DNA of 62,458 nucleotides, counting the filler, from Platydemus manokwari (lineage: Eukaryota): the NCBI GenBank assembly GCA_037951405.1. It is 6 parts of 6 records of this genome, joined end to end, with 100 filler letters (N's around TTAATTAATTAA, not from the genome) between each part and the next. Parts side by side here need not be neighbours in the genome. Positions count along the whole stretch, not along the records: positions 1 to 9,804 come from JBBMOY011202432.1; positions 9,905 to 18,822 come from JBBMOY011329983.1; 4 more parts are not named here. One strand, given 5' to 3'. Below the pieces are notes generated by a model. The model did not search any database. It had not been told where the DNA came from and saw nothing but the letters and a program-made list of their open reading frames with translations. The translations under genes were made by a program, and so were the position numbers. Below, in pieces: positions 1 through 13,855 of this stretch (the first letter of the stretch is position 1; each line of letters starts with the position of its first letter).

Positions 1-40
1 AAAAGTAATTTTCAGTAATTTATTATTTGAAAATTTTTAG

Positions 41-732
41 TTAATGAAAATGTCCAATATACGAATAACCGTAAACGATTTCACTTAAATCATTTCTAAG
101 GAAAAGAGAAAAATTGTTGTATTCAGTTTCAGAATTCCATATATTGATGATAAGATATAGTGGATTCCAACTACCTCTAAGTATCTCTGTAGCATATTGA
201 GGTACAGCAATTACATTGCTATCTTTTGAAATATCAAGTTTTTCTAAATATTCTTTACTAAATCTGGTTGGATTTTTAAATTTGACACATTCAATAATCT
301 CTACGATTGTACTACGATCAATAGCTTTGATTCGCCATCGAGATGGAACAATAATAATATCAACTGGATAAAGCCATTCTTTTTGGCGCACTTCGTAACA
401 AGTCTCAAGCCAGTCTCTTACTTTCACTATTGAAGGAAAACCGATGACTCCAAGTCCATATCGCTGTCTGGATGTTTTGTTTTCTTGTTCGCCGATTTCT
501 TCTATTAATTCTAATCTGGGAACTGTTAGCAATGGAATAGCTCCAAATGACGACTTTAATATCGGTTTTTGTCTGACAATGCTATTATGATAAGTACCAG
601 AGTCATTGAATTGAAAACGTATTACAACGAGATATGGTAAATTTGAATTACACAGAGTCATTAGATTGAAAATTTCCTTCACTAAAAATAATTGATAACA
701 AGAAATATAGATTAAGAGTAAATACTATCCAT
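41..732 (-). CDS. Two-exon gene, ~215 aa, tandem DUF1330-like (dimeric alpha-beta barrel) protein; model join(732..726,681..41)
   Basis: ATG at 732 after an in-frame TAA; 44-nt GT..AG intron 725-682 gives MDMKEIF. Two half-domains carry GVIGFPSIVKVRDW and EILRGSWNPLYLIINIWNS, resembling the DUF1330 consensus (EVLEGDWxPxRxVVIEFPSxExAxxW). Confidence 0.6.
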
Positions 733-2134
733 AGTAACTAGCAGTTATAATTTATTTGCAGCCGTCCAATTAAATATTAACTACAATGAATGTAGACTAA
801 TTTGAAGTTGTAATGACAATAATCTAATATAAATGTTTCAAATTTATGCAAAGCGAAATTATATACAAAATTTTATTTTTCAATTTTATATAGAATAAGA
901 AAATACTTTCAAGAAAAATACATCAATTAATAACATAATATTGAAACAATTAGGCAGATAACTAAAAATATAGAAATATTTGTTTTATTATGGTGATATC
1001 TGATATTAATTTACATCCATTATCATAATTTTAAAATCGATAACAATAATAATAAAAATAATTTTTATGAGGAATTTTAATGAGTTCTTCTTTAATATAG
1101 ATATTATAATATTTATGGCTAATAATTATTATAAATATCCAATATAATATTTAATGAATAGCATTTTAGTAAACTGATTTTACTAATGCTTTTGACGAAT
1201 TGTCACGTTATAAAAATGAATGTTGACCGAATTCAAAATAAAAATAATATAATAAAAATTAATGCACATGTAATACCTATCGTCATGCAGAAAAATACAA
1301 GTATCATAAAAATTGGTGCACAACTTAAGGCAAAATTTGGTTTGATTTAATTATTTTGTCAAAGCCCGAACAATTATTTCATACTCGGGTTCATGATTCA
1401 AGGCTAAACAGTTTCAGTTTTTATCGATCATAAGTAGTAATGTAATTTAAAATATACTGAACTTCCTTCGCCTTAATTATTCAAACATATTTAAGAATAA
1501 GATAGAACAACGTGAAATAATGTATAACGTAATTGGCTTGTGCGAAAACTCTTTCTCTTTAATCAAATTTTTAACTTTGAGCAAAATAAATTATCTACAA
1601 ATATTAAACAAAAGGCTTTATTTGTTTTGTTGTCGATTAATTTTTATACTTTACTGGTTCTAGGGAGTCCAACAACTGGTATGATGACCAAGCTGCTGGA
1701 AAATAATTTGATTTTAAATGAATAATTGAGCACAGAAGAAATTGAGCGGATAATAATGAAGCGGTTATAAAAACCTGCTAATAATTTATGATAACACAAC
1801 GACTGAAGATTCAAATGATTGATATTATACGTTACAGTGCCAATATTTAATAAGTTACTTTAAAACGATAATATATGGCCTCGTGGTATGAACTCGATGT
1901 TACACTGTTTAGTGACAATCTTTAATAAATTAATATAATGTGATAACCAATAGTCTCGTGGTAAATTATTGATCAACGCGTCTCTATGTGTAATGATTAT
2001 TAAATTTAAAATAATAATACGAAATTTCAAAGTCTTTATTAACTTAGAAAACAGAAAGGTTAACAATTAATATTAAAAAAGAACACCAAAAATGTTTCAA
2101 AATACTCCGTACCTCGCCTCAACGATTAACAGGA

Positions 2135-2884
2135 AAATCCGTGCAGCGGACGAAGATACGGAAGAAGTTATTATCGATAACGCCAATTATGGAATAACAA
2201 AGTTAATGATAGTTAATGTTAAAATTAATTATTACAATAATTATCACAAGTGAGCGCTTTTAAGAAATGAATGAAAAACGTAATCTAAAAAATGCTTCCT
2301 GCTGAATGTCGAGTGAAAATAAATCCCGAAAATAATAGTCTAATAATGCAATTGATGATATATGCCCACGTGCCACTCCGTATATAAAAGAAAATGCTGA
2401 TAGTCCTACGCAATTGATAATTCTTAATCTCCGTCCGTCAAAGTCTTTTCTTTATTCGAAATAAAAATTTCTCGGCTGATTATTATTATGGCATTCACCT
2501 ATGACCAGCGCTGGTATTTATATGCGTCTGATCCTGTCTATTTTTTCACACGAATAACTGATGATTTTTTACTCATAATTTCTCTCATTCTGGTTTAGTT
2601 TAACGAATTTGGCTCACTTTGATTAATTATTTTCTCACGATTTATTTAATCAATTATTTTCCCGTGCCTATTCTAATTGATTTAATTTAACTTAATTGAT
2701 CTAATTTAACCTTATTTGATATCTTTCATATTTTTTATTATGTTTTATTTATTTATTTTCTTTTCTTTTAATTTTATTATTTAACTATTTATTTATTCTT
2801 TATCGTTTTATTATCAACACTATCATTTATTTGCTTTGTCGACACCTCCTCCGAATTTGTTCACTTCGTCCGCATGCACGAATC
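2135..2884. repeat. Degenerate inverted repeat pair (~80 bp arms, ~2135-2215 and ~2815-2884); possible old non-autonomous DNA transposon
   Basis: atccgtgcagcggacgaag...caaagttaatgatag matches the reverse complement of the right arm (attcgtgcatgcggacgaag...caaagcaaataaatgatag). Confidence 0.4.
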
Positions 2885-4448
2885 TTATAAATATTCATTT
2901 CATTTATGACAAAAGGATTACACAATTACCCTTTTAACAAAATAATAAAAAATGATTCATAATAGTAAAAATTACACCAATTGTTTATTGTTGATATCAA
3001 AACTGTTAAAAGCAATTTATAATAGCAAGAATCAGTTTATAGTTATTGATGAAGCAATTATTGATGAAGTTGCATTATCCTCTGCTGGATTGTCCTCCTC
3101 AAGCGTGCTTCTTTTGATCAGTCTATAATCAATGTTTTGGTAGGGTTATGTGCTTATGATATATGTATGTTTTAATATGTAGGGTGCTAAAATATTTAGT
3201 CCAGTATGTACAAAAATGTTAAAAAATTAAATCAATAATTCGCGAACGTAACAGGTCTATAAAAAAGTAACTACCAGTATTTCGCAATCAGTAATTTTCT
3301 ATTGGTATTATTCGTTTGCATGATCTTTGTAATAACCAATCTTTTATGGCTATCATTCTTATCACTGTTTTATTTTCAGATGCTGATCCCTTTGTGAATT
3401 GATTACTAACTTGCTTCGGAGTGTGAGTATTGACCAATTAATTTTAAAGTCCAACTTGTGATTATAATTGCGTTTTTGAATATTCAGAGTTAGTGAATAT
3501 CTAACAAGTATTAATGTAACTCTATGGAGCACATTAATTATATAGCATAGTGTTTTGAGACATAGGATAGTAATCAAAAATGTTACCAATTATTGATGGA
3601 AAAGGCGGAAGCAAATTGTGTGTTGGTAATTGCAGAATTATATAAGGACATATTTCTATTTTATGTATCTTTATACATTGTTATTTGACTAAACCCTTTA
3701 AATATTGTAAAATAAATATATTTTAAAAGAACCTACCCAAGTGTTTTATTTAATAGGTAACACGAATTAGATATTACAAAACTTTAACTTTAGAAACTGA
3801 TTAATATCCGTCCTAATATAGTGATGGTGAAAATTGACCTAAGCTTAATCAACAATCTTACAAAGGAATTTAATTCTCCTGTAAGAAAAGAACCGCTGAG
3901 TCAACGACATCGAAGAAAGGAAATTTCCATTCAACATCTTTCAGTAAGATCAAAAAAGTCTTCACATATAAAAAATAGGCTCACAAGACATGATAGCAAA
4001 ACTTGCCATTGCTTTTATAGTCAGTAACATTTGTGTACTTTTATCATCCTTGGAACATTGATCGTGTTTTTATTGTAATATTTCTTTTGCTAAAAGGAAC
4101 TTTGTGTGATATTGTTTTATTTGAGTGTAGTTTTTGATTTATTAATTTTTGAACAAATCGTGTCATCTCACGTTTGCAATTTACATCTTGTTGATTATCA
4201 ATTCATCGAGAAAACTGTTATTCTTAATTATTTATTTAATGCGATCTTTTTTTGAAACATTTAAGTGGTAAACTACTCCATTTCAATATTAGGGCCAGTA
4301 ATACTACTCGATTATATTTCAATCCTCAATCAAATAGGGCTTTCTAAATAATGAACTACTTGATTACATCAGATAAAATGTTTAATTATTTCTATATCTT
4401 TTATTAAAAATATGTACTGTTGCATTTACCATGGCGAACCATTAAATC

Positions 4449-4533
4449 CAGGAGTGGCCAACAGGTCGATCTTGAAGCCAATTTTAGTCAAATGAAAAGT
4501 CGATCTTACGTACACAAAAGTTGGCTACCTCTG
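4449..4533. mobile_element. 85-bp hAT-like MITE
   Basis: Imperfect TIRs caggagtggccaac / gttggctacctctg (CAGGGGTGGCCAAC type); flanks cattaaatc / cattaaac form a near 8-bp TSD. Confidence 0.55.
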
Positions 4534-4978
4534 CATTAAACGACTCTAAGCATTGAAAGTCACAACTCATATGAAGCTTGTTTTATTTGACGCATAATTT
4601 CAATTAACAAGTCATCTCAACTGCCTTGATTACACTCGACAAATTGCTGTATTCGAATATTATTATAAAACATGGTCGATATGAGCTCAGCAAATCAAGA
4701 AATTTAATAATCATACAGACCAATCAGATCGAGTTATCCAAACACGCTACACTGTACAGCCACTGCCAACACAACTACTAACCACCAATGACATGCATTT
4801 AATCATCAAATGAAAATCTTAATCGATAATAAACTAGATTGATGTATTGATTGGACAATCCAATTAAAAAAATGCAGAAAAACAAATATCTTACAACAAT
4901 CAAATAGAAATCAATCAATGTGCAATAGATATTGATTTATTAATCAATATTTGTGAAATGCTTATATGGATCATCGTT

Positions 4979-6296
4979 TTAATCGATATCATAATCGTCT
5001 GTTTTCGATGTCTCAACAGTGCGAATTGTGGACAGTTTGCATTTGAGATCAGTGGCTTTGTCGGGAATAAATCCATACCTGCAATGGTGACATATTAAAT
5101 GATATCAAATCAATGAAATTCAATCGATCTTACTGCAACAGAAATGCTTCCAATTCACTAGCGTAGAAATCTTCACCGAGATATCGATCGATCTGGATCA
5201 AATTACCAATCAGTTCACCACCTCGATAGATGACCAATGCTGGTAGAGCTTCATCGACCTGTAAAGAGAATTTTTATCAACAAATCTCTCCCCATCCAAT
5301 CAATGATCAGGTGGGAAAATATTCAAAATGGGAAAATTTTCTTACGAATTTATCACTCATATTCGCTTGAGAAGCTCGCATTTTACAGAATTTGACATAC
5401 GGATATTGTTGTGCCAGACAAATAAATCCCCCATTGACAGCATTACAGGCAGCAACGTTCTATAATGAAGTGATAATGTGGTGAAATATATCAATCAATC
5501 AATACCGGTTCATACAGATGAATGATAACATTGATTTGTTTGTGTTCATTATCGATTGATGATACAAATGTAAGAGCATCCAATTCGAAAACGCTATCAA
5601 ATGTTGGCCTGAAAAAAATTTAATTATGATATTACTCTGGAAAAAATATTTATGAAATAAAATTAAATAAATATAATTAATTAAAATTAAATTTAATTAA
5701 TCAGAATCTTAAAGACAAATTGTCAACACGAGCTCACAAATTTAAATATATTTGGCGCATTTCATTCATTCGTTTTTCCCGATACTCTTCAAGTAATTCA
5801 TCCAATCCATCGATGCTTTCAAATAGCTCTTGAAATTCGTCCTCATCTTTATTCATTTTGGCAATTTCTTTCTATGATTTGTACATTAAAAATCATTAAT
5901 GTATCATCAAAGTAATATTACATCTGATTTACAGGTCAAAGCTAAATTTTTATAAAGATTTAGAACTTCAGCATCTTCTTCAACTTTCTTTAATGCTTCA
6001 AGTTCTTTGTATTTTTTCCAATCTTCCATTACGCCTTTGGGACCAGTCTGATAAATTGTAAAAACTTGAATAAATTGTGCTGGGAAATCATCTTATTATT
6101 TTACATTAAGACTATACCCAGGAACAGCTCCAAATTTTTCATTTTTCGTTAAATTCGATTTTTCGGACAAAGCGGCTGAACGTTTAGCCATTTCATCGTT
6201 AGGTTCCTCACAATCTGAATTTTCTTCATCTTCACTGCTGCTACAATAATTATGAACCTTTTCACCGAGAAGTTGATCATCCAAAGAAAGTGCCAT
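4979..6296 (-). CDS. PDCL: Phosducin-like protein 1 (PhLP1), 7 exons: 6296-6105, 6047-5922, 5871-5738, 5608-5506, 5459-5346, 5258-5134, 5078-4979
   Basis: N-terminus LDDQLLGEKVHNYCSSSEDE; spliced NTGPKGVMEDWKKY (G-beta-gamma-binding motif); thioredoxin-like domain VIIHLYEP..C..LAQQYPYVKFCK..ALPALVIYRGGELIGN; all introns GT-AG and in phase; TAA at 4981-4979. Confidence 0.93.
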
Positions 6297-7399
6297 GATT
6301 TCTTAAAGAATCCGTAAGGTAATTAAAAAAACAAATGTTTAATAATAATAGATACTGAAAATTAGATATTAGGTATAATTGTATTCAAACTTAAAAATTT
6401 TACATAACAATTAAAATTATTAAAACAACATGATCAAAAATGTTAAATATATTTATACATTTTAAATATTCTAAGAATACGAGTTTTAAAAGGTTGAAAA
6501 ACCGAGTGATGCAAGCATAATGACGGACTAGCTACAATGTACAAAACATAAACTATCATTATTAAACTTGATATCATAAATGTAGCAAAAGACTTTATAT
6601 TAATTGAAACTGAATTTCTGAATACACCGAACATTAAACTTATTAGAGTATAAGAGGTTCATACAAAAGATAAAAATACTATACTTAGACCTCTTGTTTC
6701 TTCTTCAATATTTAAACTATTTCTAATTTAATTTTAAAAGTTTCAAATAGATAAGCCAACCATAACTGGAAAATCAATCTCTTGTTTAATATTTTAAAAA
6801 TCAAAAATTCCCCCCACAAAGATAATTTTTACAATACATAACAAACCGGCAATGTTGATCTGAAAATTTTTATCTGATTATAACCAAACAGATAACTCAA
6901 CAAATCAATAGATTAAAATAAACGATTTTTTAAAGACATAAATTCAACAAATCAAACCGATCAAATAAAAATGAAAGATTAGATGATGATAATAACAAAA
7001 AATAAAATTAACAATAAATGCCTTTTCCAGCAAATATTCCTTAAGAAATTCAATGACAATCATATGTAATTTAATTTATATTATCAAATTTATTTACGTT
7101 ACTCACAATTCGTAAGTAATTAATTTAAATATTTATTTCTATTTGAAAATTTATCATTACTCACATCAAGCTTTTTAAATTATTTATTTAAATATTTGTC
7201 TAATCCATGACATTAATTTTCAATAACATTCAATGGGTGAATATTATGAAGTTCAGTGTAATTCTCCGAAATCATAATTTATTTAAAAAAAATTTCCATT
7301 TCCGGTAATTTTCTGATAAGCCATCCGTTATTATTCAATTCTTCTCAATTTTGTTTGGTCTTAAATTGAGTGTTAGAATTCAAAAATGTGAGTATTCGT

Positions 7400-8107
7400 A
7401 GGATATCGAATGCAATAATCCAGCTATCATTGTAAAATCTTTAACGAATCTACTGAAGTAATCCCAAAGACTCAAAACCAACGTAATTGTATCATAAAAT
7501 CATGTGTTATCACATCTTTAATCTTCTTAATCTATTTAATCTTCTCATAGAGGGTTTGGATGCCTTTAATTGTGATTATGTGACCATTAAATAACATTGC
7601 ATTAAATTATCGTTATAGAGACATAAACTTTCTTTCCAAATTTTCCTTATATCAAAAACAAATTTCTTAACTCAATTCAAAAATATGCGCTATTTTTAAT
7701 GCAGTTTTTATCTAATTGTTACCAATTCCAGGATCTTATCATGGAGAGTTTCTGTCATCATGGAATTATATATCCTCCTTCCATGGGATTCAAGCACTTC
7801 ATTTCGACAACACCATGAATGCAAGATTTCGCTAAATATCATTAAATGTACCAAAGTACTTAGTAATTCATCAGCTTTGCAAGCATTTCCTTTGAAAAAC
7901 GTTGACTTTGGAATCGGCATTTATTGGGTTTTCTGACATAATGTTGAGAGCATTTTCTTTTTTCCCTCTTTTTAGAAAATAAATATTGACGTCGTCATCA
8001 GTGAGAATGCAGGCTGTTATCATATGATCTTCATTTCGATTTACAAAAATACAAACACATTTTGTACCAAAAAAACTGAGAGTTACATGTTTGATATACA
8101 TCGGCAA
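7400..8107 (-). mobile_element. Decayed Ty3/Gypsy reverse transcriptase fragment
   Basis: Frameshifted remnants EDHMITAC, VFQRK, LMIFSE and LSLWDYFSRFVKDFTMIAGLL (cf. FLGLxxYYRRFIKDFAxIAxPL), with many stops. Confidence 0.5.
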
Positions 8108-9241
8108 ATTTTAATTAAATATACTAAAAATATATTAAAAACAATTGCGTTTCTAATTCATTATCAATATTTTCAATTTTAAAATATTTATATTTTTATT
8201 TACATTTGTTTTACTTTTAATGCGTTGTGACCATATCATATTTCCAATTGCCTACTAAGCTGTGGAGTACATAGTTCAATGTGCATAATATTGTATTAAA
8301 CTCTATTTCATCCGATTAATTTTATTTGGGTATCCTTTTATTTTCATTGTTTTAATCAATATTTTTGGATTTTACAATCATTGTAAATGAGAAATATTTC
8401 AATGTTTTAAGAACGCATAGTATCCAGTGTGAAAGATTCCCGTGAAAATAACGACGTATGGTACTTTGAACCCCTGTTTTAATAATTTACATACTTACGT
8501 TCAAACATAGAATACAGTCATGATAACCGACCAATCGAGATCAGTACCAATCGAAGATTTCAAAACACTTAGTTACATAACGAAAAACAGAGATTAATCA
8601 ATCAGTGTTGTTATAAATCGATAGTTCCAATTGGAATCCCGAAAACCAGATATTCAATAAAAATCAAACACATCAAATACACGTTAACTTATAGCTATAG
8701 ATTTTTAAGCAAACATGGACCGATGCAACTTGAAATCACTTAAAGTGAATTTTATTTATTTTTATTGGTTTATGTGAGTATTATGCTGCACAATGTATTG
8801 GGTAATAAAAATTTTATTCACTATTATTGGCTTGATGTTGGAAAAATACTCCCGTCACACATTTATTAAACAATTTATTAAACATTCTAATTCAAGTAAC
8901 AAAAGCTAAATTCCCTGAGACTTGGTTAAATAGTATTGAGAATATAAATTTGCGTTAGGATTGTGGATATTTTAATGATATAATAGATAAAAACCAAAAC
9001 TTTAAACGAATGAAAGACTCAAATATATGCTTTCTAGATAATAATCTCGCTTTCAATGATTATTTGCTACTAATCGAGTCTTTTGTAGTTTTCCATATAA
9101 ATCCTTATATACATTTACAAATAGAATTAAAGTGCCATGATTAATATTATAATAGAAACAAAGATTTGAAAGAAAACCAAATAAAATCAGCTTGCAAAGA
9201 TATTTATTTTTGATAATCTAGTTTTTCAAACCGTACATGTA

Positions 9242-9652
9242 TTAATAAACTTCTACTTGTCCAAGAAAACCCGATTTTAAAAATCGTCTGAATAAATTAT
9301 AAACATCATTCCATGCCCGGTCAGGTAGTCCCATCATCAGCCAATCAATTCGTCGATTCTTTCTAACAGCTTCCATGACCTTGTAGAAGTTTTTGTATTG
9401 CGCATCAGTCAATTTTGCGGCTTTCATATAATCCTCGATGGTAAGCGATTCTAAAATATATATTCGTTAAAAAATTCCATTACTAAAATAATGAAAACTT
9501 TTTTACGAACAATCATTGAAAATTCACATTTAATTCTTGAATGACATTAGTTGAACGTCATTCAATCATCACATTCCTTTAATATCAATCTAACAATTAC
9601 TTATCTATTTTAACATATATACCGTGTGATATATAAGTGTCCACCTCTAAAC
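9242..9652 (-). CDS. 3' part of a small unknown protein gene: 30-nt micro-exon 9652-9623 plus terminal exon 9450-9242; first exon not found in this contig
   Basis: Both exons follow tattttag acceptors, and there is a GT donor at 9622. Phase-1 joins give LEVDTYISHESLTIEDYMKAAKLTDAQYKNFY...GQVEVY*; AATAAA downstream (~9205). Confidence 0.55.
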
Positions 9653-9804
9653 CTAAAATAAAACAACAAAACACAATGTAATTTATACACACATATTTAT
9701 ACTCATTGATATTAATTATTATTCACTGATTAATGTACTTTATTTCTTATTTCTTATTAATGAGTTGCATTGTGAGGATATCAAATTGAATTTGTATTGA
9801 ATTT

Positions 9805-9904
9805 NNNNNNNNNNNNNNNNNNNNNNNNNNNNNNNNNNNNNNNNNNNNTTAATTAATTAANNNNNNNNNNNNNNNNNNNNNNNNNNNNNNNNNNNNNNNN
9901 NNNN
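9805..9904. other. Assembly linker (44N + TTAATTAATTAA + 44N)
   Basis: Identical 100-nt structure five times in the window; the 12-mer is a six-frame stop spacer. Confidence 0.97.
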
Positions 9905-11399
9905 ATCCGAAAGCACTGAAACTACAAGTCGTCATTTTCATAACGATGGCATAATTATGAGTTCGTTTTCAGATTGAATGGAACTTTAAGACTTTGTAAG
10001 ATCGTTTTAATAACATTCAAAAAGAGATTGTATTTTGATTTTAAAATAAAACGTTAACAACAATCCTTATTTTTATCAGATAATTCGTTTTAGACTTTTA
10101 TTTTGCATTGTCATAATTAAATTAATAATATAAATCAATAAATTATTATTGATCATTAAAAATGAAGGAAATATACTTTATTTTACATTAATTAATGTTT
10201 ATTGGTCAGAATTGGTTAACCAACTTTCATTATGATTCGTATGGATTTTAATAAGTATTGATATTCATATTTAGCTGTGTTTATGCTAAACGCGCACACA
10301 CACATACACACACATATATGTAACTATTGATTTTACAGTCAGGCAAGTTGGATATATCATACTTGATAATCAATGTCTTTTATAATCAGTAGAAACCTCA
10401 ACAATTATGATAAGAAAAATAATAATAATTCGAGTTAATGCAAGATCGGACCATGATTATGATAAAAAATTCATCAATAAAAGGGATTATAAATCCATCA
10501 ACAAATTGAAAGTTAAATCCAAAATGATATCAATTAATTCCTGTCGCCTTCTATGCCGCACATCAGTCTCAATGTTCATGCAAATTTATTCACCATCATT
10601 ATATTACTAATCAGCCTCATCAATATTTTTTCTGTAAATTAGAATTTAATATCAGTTTAAAAATATGGGCAAAAAAAAACATTTCCCACTTCTCTCACCA
10701 ATTATTTCCACGCACACTCAAATGTATGAATATGGGAAAATTCCCAACGAGTTGATCGTTTTCTATCACAATATGTGGATTATAAATTCTTTGATATCAC
10801 AATAAGTGAATATCTCTGCAATGGTTTTGTAAAATATATTATTAATAAATAATCGATTTATCACTGGGAGTTTTGTTTAAATATTCGAATGAATTGTATA
10901 TGCAGAAAATTGTTTCACCAATTGATTATAATGTGATGTGTTTATATTACCAAAAAATTTTTTTTTATTTTTATTATTAATTCCTGTTTATTGCCATCAT
11001 TTTACAGGTTTTCCATTAAATTTGGAAAACGACATTGGATTTTTATCTCTTATTTTGGCTTGTGATTGATTTACTTATAAGTCGGCACAGGATATTGTCG
11101 AATTGATTCTAATATGCCTCTTAATATTTCATTCATCAATGTAAATATAAAGCGTAATGAAATTAAAATTCGAAACCACATTATCATTACACGAGAATTG
11201 TAAAAACGAAAACCATAATTTTGCGGCATTTATAAAGCAAAAGAGGCCTTTGACCTCATTTAATTGTGTGGAATTTTCGTGAATGAATTAAATTTATAAT
11301 TTGGTTTTATGTATATTTTTCAAAAAATTCATAAATTATTTGTTTTTTATTGTTCGGGTTAATGTCACCATGTTGAGTACCGGGGCTAAGAAGGTAGAT

Positions 11400-13300
11400 A
11401 AAAAGTATAAATTATTGATCTGGTCTTACCCATCTTCAATTAAATATTAATTAATACATCTCGTATATTATTTTTTAGTCGTGGCTTCTTGAATTTTCGC
11501 ACTTTCGAATTTGGAAGAAATCGTATAGCCGAGTTTTATGCCATGACAAATCATTTTAAATCTTTAATTTCTAAATAATTTTGTGTTATTTTGTGAGAGT
11601 TGTTTTATTCGTGGAATTCATTTTATGGCACTCTTTTTGTGTGGTCCCGTATATGTAAAAATAAAAGTGTTTAGAATTGTTAAACCAAACTCTTATTCTA
11701 TTCACACATTTCTTATATTTATGACTTTATTGTCTATATGATTCTTCGAATTTTCCAGAGACCCTTTTTGGATTTCCTCGACTACTTGTGTATCTAATTA
11801 GTTAAAAATTTTAAATTTTTAAAATTTTAAATTGGTTCATTAAACTGATCAGATTCTCCGCAAATTTTAGTTAATCAAATTATTTGATCCAAGCCATTCA
11901 TTTTCATACAGATTTTTGGTTTTGATCAATTTTCATTCTTTGATTCTTTCTGTAATTTTAATTATGGTTATTTTATTTCTTTAAAGTAGAATGATTTCAG
12001 TTTAATGAGCGGTTTTAAATATATTTCCGGGTTAATGTACAATACAACCATTCTGAAAACTTACGTAAAGAACCACTATCAATCCTCTCAGGTTTTACTA
12101 CGATTTGACGAATTTTGTCAGATTTTCGACATATCGAAGAAGGGCCTCGAATTCAACATTTCGAAATTCTCTCAGAAATTGATGCAAAACTACATATATT
12201 CTGGTTAACTTACTTCTTACTTAAACAACACCATTGATTCCATAAAAATAATTTCAAATATATCTCAACTTGGTGCTCGAACCAGAGTCGTTTTTATCTT
12301 ACAAAACTTTGGTATGATCATATCGAATAAGCATGCAAATTGTAGTAATAAATAATTCTTAGCGTATATGTCTATCACTACTGAATTCAAATAACTTATG
12401 GAGAAGTTGTGTTCTACATCAGATTCGAGATCAATTCTACAACACAATGTTTGATGTGATTAAGCTAATAAAACTTTACAATACTTTATTTTGTATATTT
12501 TCTTTTCGTTTCAAAGATTTATTTTTGAATGTTTTCCTCAAGTTCTAATTATCCTTATTTTAAGTACTTTTTTGTCTTTTGTAAATATTACCAATTTTAA
12601 TTTTTTTGATTTTTGTTTAATTTTTCTATTTTTATTTATTATAATTTGCATTTTAGATTTACCTAAGAGTGTTTTTGATATTTGATAATCTTCAAGAGGT
12701 TTCCTTCTGTTCCGTTAAGAAATATTTTTGCCCCATGACATATTTGGATATAATCTTTCATTTTTTCATGTCTTATAATGTCTTAATACTAATAATGATT
12801 TCTTATTATAATTTCTTTTTGCTGTTCCATCGTCACATGATCAATGCATTATGAAATCATGTGTCGGCCAAATTAATGATTCCTCTGTATGCAATTTATT
12901 GTATTGGTTTACTTCTAATTACATTTCTAAACAAACTGATTTATATTTAAATTTTCTTCGAATCGATCGACAAACAATATTTTAGCTCGTACAAGTTATG
13001 GTATGGGACTGGCAGATTCGAGTTTGACAAAACATATTATGATTTTGAATAATATAGATTTTAAAATGTTTATTTTGGTTTGTCTAGTCTCCGCGCCTTC
13101 GAATTTATTCCGTTTTGTCGTAGAATCCAATATTGCCAATTCTCCTTCAATTGACGTTTATGCACTTTTTTGAGTTTGTTAATCCTTCTTCTTGAAACAA
13201 GTACCGCTGTCGGCAGCTTTACTTTTTCTCTCGAAGTTATTCTTTCAAAAATTTGGAGCTTTTAATTCTCAGATTTCTACTTTTAAACTTTTTCGTCTAG
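11400..13300 (-). mobile_element. Heavily decayed coding fossil, probably the N-terminal/Ulp1-like protease region of a NeSL-type retrotransposon or another protease-carrying element
   Basis: Broken reading frames containing KNLYENEWL, KICGESDQF, LDTQVVEEI, KHFYFYIY..KECHKMNS and KPRLKNNIRD, in the order of C48 protease motifs (WLxDxxI, His, QxNxxDCG); TATAAATAGG upstream near 13340. Confidence 0.35.
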
Positions 13301-13855
13301 ATTTTTGTGAGCAAAAATAATGTTTTTTGGTGCCTATTTATAGTATTTTAGAAGTGGAAAATTCGCTTTAGAAATTTAAAATATTTTTATTTTCCAACTT
13401 CCAAATTTAAATTATTTTATTTTTTCAAAAATTTAATTCTAATTATTTTATTAATTCTATTAAATAAATTCTATTAATTTTGGAAATTTTTTAGAAATTC
13501 CAACTAATTAATTTTGGAATTTTTATATATTATTAGCTCACTTAAACACATTTCTAAAATTCTAAATAAATTAAACTTATTTTTTCTATTATTGTTGTTT
13601 AGGGCGCGCTATTTATTATTTTTGTTGTCCGATTTATTTTACAGCTTATTATCGTTAAAATTTTCATTATAATAATTGTTATTAAAATATAATTTGTGCC
13701 AAATACATTATACAAATATTTGAATACAATATACATTTAAGGAAGGATTTGAGAATTACATAATATAAGATACAGATTAGAGACAAAATCATGAAATAAA
13801 TCAAATGTAAGGATCAATTGTGAGTTTTTATGAGAATCCAAGATCGTATTGTTCA

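Noticed and set aside
1860-2066. NIEFIPRG resembling a pogo/Tigger DDE motif
   Set aside because: One short motif only; the following QPLD motif is absent.
9849-9860. Regularly spaced palindrome TTAATTAATTAA as a biological repeat or CRISPR-like array
   Set aside because: Always centred in N runs; it is an artificial spacer.
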